A DNA stretch of 48,134 bases, the filler included. It is 3 parts of 3 records of this genome, joined end to end, with 100 filler letters (N's around TTAATTAATTAA, not from the genome) between each part and the next. Parts side by side here need not be neighbours in the genome. Positions count along the whole stretch, not along the records: positions 1 to 24,431 come from SRR20825014_186; 2 more parts are not named here. The stretch is one strand, 5' to 3'. Position 1 is the first letter of the stretch; every line of letters starts with the position of its first letter. A model generated the notes under the pieces. The model saw nothing but the letters and a program-made list of their open reading frames with translations. It was not told the origin of the DNA and ran no database searches. Below, one piece after another: positions 11,401-20,400 of this stretch. The position numbers were made by a program, and so were the translations under genes.

Positions 11401-14400
11401 GCTGCCTCTCCTTCTTCTCCAGTGTACCCCCCTGTCAACAAGGAGTCGGTCTTGCCGCCAGTGGAGAGCGGTAAGAGTCGCTATGCTAGGGAGGTGCTGT
11501 CTGTCATCACCCTTAGCGACTCAGGAGGATACTGCGGCTCTGACCCACTCCAACTCGTCCGCAGCATCGCCGCAAAACGCGCCAATTTCGATTCAAGTGG
11601 TGCGATCACGGATTTGTTGATTGGAGATACTTCTACTACGCGTCGGCAAGATGTGCCTATTTCCAACACGACTAATGCTAGTATGTCGGTGACCCCTCGT
11701 GATACGGTGTCTCTAGGAGGAGGAGGCCCATGCGATAGTAGTGACAGCATTGCCATGTTCAAGCTCCAAGAGCAACGTGCCCTTCACTTCCGGGCTAGTC
11801 ATACGCTCAATGTACCACCTGCTATGCTCCTCAACCCTCGTCATATTAATGCAAGTAGCTGTGCTGCTTCTGTTGCACTACAACCGTTCCCAACTAGTGC
11901 AAAGCGTGGCAAGCTGAACGCCAAGAAGATGAACTTAGCATCATATCGTAGTCGTCGTCGTCAACAGCAGGTTGGCCGCCCAGCTGCAGCTTCTGCCGCC
12001 ACTAACTCCTCGGCCGATGATGGTGATGGTGATCACTACAACCACTCGACCTCGGATGCGATATCGTACCCCAGCACCACTTCTGAATCCGAGGACGGTG
12101 TTGGTTATAAAGGTGCAGCATCATCGCCACGTCGGAGTGGTGGTCAGTTTAACAAATCGAAGAGATCTATTTCGGAGCGGATTGCAGCGTGTTCAAAGCA
12201 GTTCGAGAGGCGCCGTCAACACGTCCCAACCCGAGGCCAACGCGACGAAAACCTCTCCCTTTTCATCTCCGTTCTCGTAGCGGATGTATTCGTTCAAAAT
12301 GATGTTCAGCACGTTAATAACCCTACTGCTGATAATTCAGCCCTCCTGGAGGCCTCTACCACGATTGATGCTGCCCTGGATCCCCACGGTAGTATTCCAA
12401 GACAACATCACCATCATCACAGTAGTAGCTTAAGCCGCGGAGGTGGTCCTGAGGACTCCTCTAATCTCCTTGGAGGAGATGTCTCTGGGGGTGGTGCCTC
12501 GAGGTCCAGGAGGTACCGTGCCTCGGAGGTGAATGCACCAGTGCAACTTAACACACGCTACGCCCTCCTCGGTGCTATTCGTAGCGCGTACCGACGTGCG
12601 GCCCAAGTGATGCAGGTAGGCGCTCAGATTAGCGATTCGCAACTAAAACGTGAATTTGTTGAGGACTTGCCCAAGGAGATAGCTAACATCGATACCGCCG
12701 CTGATACCACTGCTGCTGCCGCCACCGCTGCAACGGCAGCAGATGCTGCAGCTGCTGTCCTACTCCCCTCATCTGCTACACCCATGAAACCAACAACAAC
12801 AACATTAACATCAACACCCCAACAACCAAGCGATGATGTCACTTCTACAACTGCGGCAGCCGATGCCCCTGTTGTGGTAGCTCCTGCTGACTGCCCTAAG
12901 TGTCAACAAGAGCAGGACCGTATCCTCCGCTTCCTACCACCCGCTGTCGTGTCGATCCAGGGGGCAGCAATGTGCGGAACAATGTCCCAAAACCGCCGAG
13001 GAGAGATCACAACCCCACTGGATACAATGTTGTTTACTAGCTCCAGTAGTGTCGATCCCAACCTGTTGATGCACCGATCTGCTACTGCCTCCACCCACCA
13101 TACTATTGTTCCCAAGAGCGGTAGTAAGGGTCGCGGTGGTGGACTTGTGGCACCCCCTCCCATGACCTCCCAACAACCACCACCCCTTGTCAGCCCACTT
13201 AAACGACATGCTATCGGAAACTACCCCGACCCCGATAGTGGAAGTGACCGTGGTGGTGGTGCTAACTCCAGTACCACTACTACTACTACTATCAGAGGGT
13301 CATCGTTGATGGGCATGAGTGCGTTGGCGGGAAGTACATACAGTGGTCTGTACACGAATGTTCCACGTGGTGTAGGAGGAGCTGCCATGGCATCCTCTAC
13401 CAACACCAATGCTGTATTAAACCCAGGGGGTAGTCGACTACTAACCGGCCTTCAATTCATGGCCTCAGACTGGGTGCGCTCTCACACCCTCTTTACCCCT
13501 GCTTCGTTGATAGCTGCGTCTGCACTGTATTCCACCCCCTACGGAATCATCGGATCTACCTTCCCACTTCCTAACCCAAGTGGTGGGGTGGGTGGTATGA
13601 CGGCATCTTCCACACTACATCCGTTCAGTTATCCGAACATCCTCCAACAGGCTGGTGGTGTCGTCAATGTGGCCTCCCTCGAGAATGCACCACTCGGTGC
13701 CACTGGGGCAGGTAGCAGTGCGCGATTGGCGGGTAGTCAAGGTATTATATCTAGCGGTGGTGGCGGTGATAGCAGTATGACTATTCTAAAAGCCGATCGA
13801 CCAAATCATCGGAGTGGGTTAGACTCGGATACCAACTCTGTTAGTAATTCTCTTAGTTCCCTAGATCGTGGAATTGTTGCACATGCAACCTCTGCAATGG
13901 CTCGTGTGAAGGCAGCCAAGGCGGCCGCAGCTCAACGACATGATAGTGTCGTCTCCCCCACCACCAACACCTCCCACCATCAACCTTGGTCTGTTGCCGT
14001 CTGTGCTAGCAGTGATGAAGGCGCAGCGGCTCACACCACCACATCCACTGGAAGCAGGGGTGGTAGTGGTGCGTTGGAGGGTAGCGGTGGCGGTGGACGT
14101 GGCCCGCTTGGATTAGGCAATCATCGAGCATCTGCCTCCTCCTATGTCCCTCACGTCACGACCAGCAGTAGCCCCTCTGGTGCTGGCGGTGCTGCTGCGT
14201 TCGACGCCCCACTACTATGCCATCGTCATCATGCTGAACGTAAAAAGAAGACAGAGCTGACAGATATGAATGATGATGACAAGGAGAGGATAGTGTCAGA
14301 TCAGAGAAGTGATGGTACCACAGGGGCCGCTACTTCAGAGTCTGAGAGTGGGGCGTTTGGGGCCACCTCCCCCCTAACCCCTCCCACCCACCCCTCCAAG

Positions 14401-17400
14401 CCACCTCGTAGCTCTCGTAACTTGCCGACCACTACCAGTCAGTTACCTACACGCAGAGCAGTACGTAGGCTAACGCATCAGCATAAGTTACAGCAGCATC
14501 AGCAGCAGTGTTCGAAATTCCCCATCTCCATTACCCGCGGTATGATCTTCAACCTCCCTGATTTATTTGTTCGATACGTGACGGAGGAGATGGCAGCAGT
14601 CCCTCGTCGGTTTAACCAACATCGACCCCAGTATCGTCCCCCCGTCCCCCGACATACATCTCCTGCAGCATCAGGGCGTGTCAATACAGCCTCGGACTTG
14701 TCCGTGTATTTATTGGCAGTTGGCCTGGCTAAGGGTATGTACCGTTCCCAGCTATTGGCACCCTACACGCACAACGTCCCCTCGTCCTATACCAACGATC
14801 ATCACAATAACACATTTGTTAGCAACTCTACCCTTCTCGATGACCCCCAGACTAACTCCTCTGGAACCTCTGTGACACGTGTGGATACGTCAGACCACCA
14901 CCACAGCAACAACAACAACAACAACACTGCCTCTGCCAGCCTCGTTGCAGCAGGTGCATCTACGTCAGGTGGTGCTGCAGGTGTTTCTCCACACGATGCT
15001 TTCACTGATAGCATATCGCGTACTTCTACAACCCCCGTCTTGTCCGTCCCGCATCAACAACAGCGCGGTGCTGGTGGGGTAGTAGTAGTGGCAGGGTCAG
15101 GGTCCAGGTCCTCCCCCCCTACACACCACACTAGTGCCACTGTGTATGCCAATGCGGTAATGGGACCGTCTGTACGGCAGTGGATGGCAACCATGAGGGC
15201 CTCTGCGTCCCCAAGCTCGTGGTTGTGCCCCGATACAACCCCTAATCTCCTTGATGCATCCCCCAATATTCAAGGTGGTTTTAATCAGGCCCTTGCTGGT
15301 ATGTGTGGTATCAACCCCACCACATCCCCCTCACTGCTGTACATCCTTGCACAAACGGCCCTTGGTCGTGGTACCACACCGACCACCACTACTACTACTA
15401 CTACTACCCCCACTACTACCCACCACCAACAAAGCGGTGGCGGTAAGTATCTTGGTAGCGGGGGTTTGAAGGTAAGTGGTGGTGGTGGAGGAAGCCACCA
15501 TACTCTACCCCCTGTATCGTCATCTAGTGCCAAATCTAACAGTATCAGGGCCGCTGGTGGTGGTGGTGGTGGTGAGTTAGATAGCCTAGCCATCCCCACC
15601 ATGGCCCTACTCTCGGCCGATACCGATGGTGCAGCAGGTGGTGGTGGGTCCTCCTCCCAGGGAGGTAGTGACTCGGGTGTACGCCTTCAACGTGGAAGGG
15701 GTGGTAGTGTTGGGTCTGGAAGTTTTGGTGGTCTTGGAGATAATATGGCCTCTCCTAACGTAACAGGAGTCCATCGTGGCTCACACCAAACTAACTCATC
15801 GTTCCGTAATCAGGTGACTGCAGACAAACTTGAGCAGGCCCCCGTGCCTCCCCCCAACACCCTCCCCGCTGGGTCTGATCTGGTGGCTGCCAGCGCCCTC
15901 CAAGGTGCTATGCAGGCCATGCTGAGTGCCGATACTCCCACTTCAACATCATGTGTGTATCTCAGGAACCACATGTTGACGACCGCTACAACTGGTCATC
16001 ATTTAGCGTCTGTGCTGTTCAATACAGCACCACTCCTACCACATCTAGTCCAATGTAGTGCGTCGGCCCGTCAGCACCTCCGTCCCGTCGCCCCTGCTAT
16101 CAACCCGGAGGATGTCACGGTATCACGTTTCCGGACATACATGCCACCTCCACGGGGAACTATCCCCTCGGTAGACAATGATCTCCTATCTCTGACAACT
16201 GTTCTCTTCGGAGACGATTTACGGTACAAGCGCACCCTTACAGCTGCCAAGCGAGCATCCCATCAACAACAATGCGAGCGTGACGCGAAGTTGTTTGCAT
16301 TGCTACTTGAATCAGCTTGTAAGCACAACACCTATGCTGATTCAGGAAATCATCAGACCTCTTCGGCCCAATCGAGCTCTTCGGAAATGGCGACCAAAGA
16401 GCTACTAGCCCGCCATTCCAATATTGCAATCGACACCAGGTCTCTTCGAACACCCTCGTCGATTATACCAGCAGGTTGTGCTTCGCAGCTTTTCGTCCCA
16501 CTTGCTACATTAGCTAAGAGTCAACAGCCCGCCCTTTCTGAAGAAGACGTCCTACTACTTACCGTCCGCCAGAAGGGTACCGCCGACAACTACTCACAAC
16601 AACACTCTCACAATAACAACAACAACACCTTGACCCCAACAGGAGATCCATCAGCCCATCACAACTTTGCACGATTCCCGTCTCTACATGCCGCCAACTC
16701 GATGAGTAGTATAGGTAGTAGTAACGCCGGAGCTCTCTTCTCCAACTACCCTAACGAGGGTGGTAGCATGACCAGCCTCCCTACCCACACTCAGCAACAA
16801 CAACAGCAACATCAGGGTAATGCATCCCACACCTCAACCCTTCGAGCCAATGCGGTTAATAACAAGGGTGGGCTTGGGCAGCGGTACCCGCACATAAATG
16901 ATCGTACTAACATCCATGGTGGAGGTGGTGGACCAAACTTACCTCTCCACGGTGATACTGAGATGTCTCTTGTCCCAGCCCGTTCCGCACTTGCATTGAC
17001 AACCGCCCTTCATAGTGCGTCAATGATTGGGTCGTTGGCAGGGGTCTCGGGTGTGCAGTGTGAGACTATCTACTCCAACATGACTCTCTCCCATCATACA
17101 TGTCTCAGTGGAAAGCAGCAAGCAGATATGCTAGCCCTCCCCTCTCCGGGACCATCTATCTGCCTTTCTACTGTGAACCTCAGAACCTTGTTCAGCACTG
17201 CCCCACAGAGGGTCGCTTCTGATGTGGCTGGCAGCTACCTGCAAGGGGGTGGTGGTGGTGGTGGTGGGGCCCGAAGCTCTGCACCACTTGCCTCGATTGG
17301 AAGTATTGGGTCGGATCTTATTGATATGTCCTCCCAAAATGGTGCCGGGGATGGACCCACGCTACGTATGGGTCTGGCCTCAAGCTACGAGGAGAGAACC

Positions 17401-20400
17401 TGTCTAGACGAGGCCACATACCGCTACGCCATCTCCATGCTGAGCAGTCTCACACCCCAAGCCGCGACCCTACAAACACAAGCATTCGGACGCTCTGTAG
17501 CGAACCCCAATTTCTTGGTTTTAACAGCAAGTACTGATGTGTGGAGTAGTATACCCTCTGAGGATGTATCTGTGTTCTTGGGGATGCTCGGTACGCCCGA
17601 TTGGAGCAGCAACGCTGCCTCTACTGACTCCTTTGCTGCGATGCTGGCCTCCGCCCTTTCCTCATCGAACGGCACCAACGACCAACATCAACAACAATCG
17701 AGAAATGATGGCCGCTCTCCTGCTGACGCTGCGGCTGCTTCCACAGCAGCTAGCAACCGCGCTGCAGCTGCGGCTCGTGCTGGTGGCGGAAGTGAATCAT
17801 CTGCAACAGGCCACCATAACGCCATCTGGGAGTTCGTCGCAGGCCGCCATGATATGCTACACGAACTTCACGGTTTCCGTCGTACGTACGCTGGCCCTGG
17901 TCTCTCTGGTGTAGATGGCTCTTGGTACCAGGATCACTTCCGCAGTGGGAGCCTCCAAGGCTGGGGGGATACCAGAGGTGTTTTTGGTGGAGAGCTTCCC
18001 TCTACCCCCTCCAACCACTCCCGCCGTCATAGCAACGACACCGCACAGCCCCCCATGCCCAACCATGATCAGTACCATCGTGGCAGTGGGGACTCTGGCT
18101 CGAGCAACCTCTCTCGTTCAGGACAGTTCCAATCCCTTCCTTACCCCCTACAGACCTCCCCACGCGAGTACCTCGAGTTCTACAATATTCAACACTACTG
18201 TTCCAATTTCGGCCCTAGTTGCCCCTTTACGACATACGTCGCGGAGAGCTTACAACGTAGCCGTCACAACGATGCCATATCCCACCAGCAGCAATTACAA
18301 CACCAGCAGTCCAGCCCTCTTAACGGCTCTGATCGAAGCATTCACTCTTCCAACTCTCAGTCCCTGGCTGGTGGAGGTTTCGATACTTCTAACAGTGTTC
18401 TTCATCACCCCCAGATGATGGGCTCAACTCCGCCCAGTATGGCCCCCCAACATCAGCAAGACGCTGGTGTCACTACTACCCCCTCATACCTGAGCTCACG
18501 CCTAGTGCAACAACAGGGCGGTATTAACTCTCGTTCTAACAATAATAACGCTTCCTCATCAGGCCCTCAGCAACAGATGGCTGGAAGTCAGAACGCCGCT
18601 GGATCAACCTCCAACTCCCACCACTCAGCAGTACCAACACCCTCTTCTCCAGCCTTTGCGGGCCCAGCCCACGGCCCTCTCTCAACGGCAAGTCCCTCCC
18701 CAGACACCATCACCATGATCTCCACACTCCTACTCAATATAACTCGCACCAGTAGGGTTCGTGGTGGAAGGGCGGTATTCCTGATCCACAAGCTATCGTC
18801 GATGCTGGAGGAGGCTCCAGATGCCCCTACTTTACAGTTCCTACCCCCCTCCACCAAGCCCGCCAGTAAGGTCGCCGCTAACAGCGCCAACCACTCCACC
18901 CAGGCCATTGTGAGTGGGGATACTCTAGCAGCAACGTCAAGTGTAACGACACCCATGTCAGTTACAGGTGATGCTGGCCATCATAGTGTTGTAGTCGATG
19001 GTGGAGGAGGAAACACCTCTGTTTCATCATCGTCATCAACACTGCGAAACCCAAAGATCAGAAGGAAGTCGAAGTCAATTGGAGCAGCGGCGGCGTCAAC
19101 ATCCAACATCACCAGTAGACCTGATCAGTCCAGTACATCTGCCCTCGGTTCTCTCCCTTCGAACTCACTGCCATCTCTTGCCAATGCACCATTAACGCCA
19201 TCCCCTCCACTATCATCCTCACCTCCAGCGATGGCTCTGACCGGCCCACTCCCTCCCACCCTCACTCTCTTTAGTCCGTCTGTGTGTGAGCGTGCCGACG
19301 CCAATATTCGCCTTACCCGGTACACCGATACACTATCAGCAGGTGAGTGCGATTGTTTGCTTCTGAGCATTAAGGTGCTCCTCATGTACGGGGATTACTA
19401 CTTCCCCTCCAACCTGAAGCAACTCTCTAACGATCTCAGTCACTGTGCGGAGAATAGTATTGTGGTTAGTCCCCGGTCTAAGGCATCCTCATCATCGCCG
19501 TCCTTGGGTGGTGTCTGTGCTGGCGGCCCAGGAGGTGTGTGTAGTAGTGGAGGAAGCCTCTTCACGGATGAGACCAAGGATAAGAACTCCAAGTGGCGAC
19601 ATACCGCATCACGATGGTGGGAAGAGGTATCAGTCCTCCAAGAGGAGCTCGAGCAGCATGTTAATGGGCAGCCGGTGGCTGTACCAGACTTCACAACCAC
19701 ATCCCTTACACAGATCCAAACCGCACATCCTCTCCCTCTCTTCGAGGGTAGCGGTGGCCACATCAACAACAAAATCATCAAAACTCCCAATGGCCTTCCT
19801 GGTTTCGCCATGATGGATCTTCGCCACCCCCAGACAACATCATCATCACCGTCCAATATTGCTTCTCCAACCAACACTGCAGCCCCGCCCTCTCCTCCTT
19901 CTCCCCCGTCGGTGCCTCAGTACTTGCCCCTTCCCTCAATCCCACCACCACCGCCACTACATGTACGCCTGTACAGACGGTTCCGTGTGGTGCAAGCACA
20001 GCTATCCAGACAACAGCGTAATGAGGATGCGCTAGCAAGGGGTTACAGGAGCACACGGTACCGCTATGCTAACCATGCTGCAACTGCAATGGGTGTCCGT
20101 GATCCACAGGCCGCCGTCAACAGGGCCCCTTCTAAGGTCACCTCCGACACTCGCCTCTCACCCTCTGGAACCCTCCTCGCCGATGCCCAAGCACGTGCAA
20201 CCGAGGTGGTTAACAAGACACAGCGTCGTGCTGCTCGAGTAGTCGCGGCTAGTCCAGGGATGCCTGTGCCGCTGGATACAGGCTCCAACCGCCTCCCTAC
20301 CAACGGCACAACAACCTCTGGAGGTGGCGGTGCGTCCCACCAGTCAGGAGGAGCGGGTGCGTACGAGACCTCCCCTTCCCCAAGAAGTGGCGACGATTTC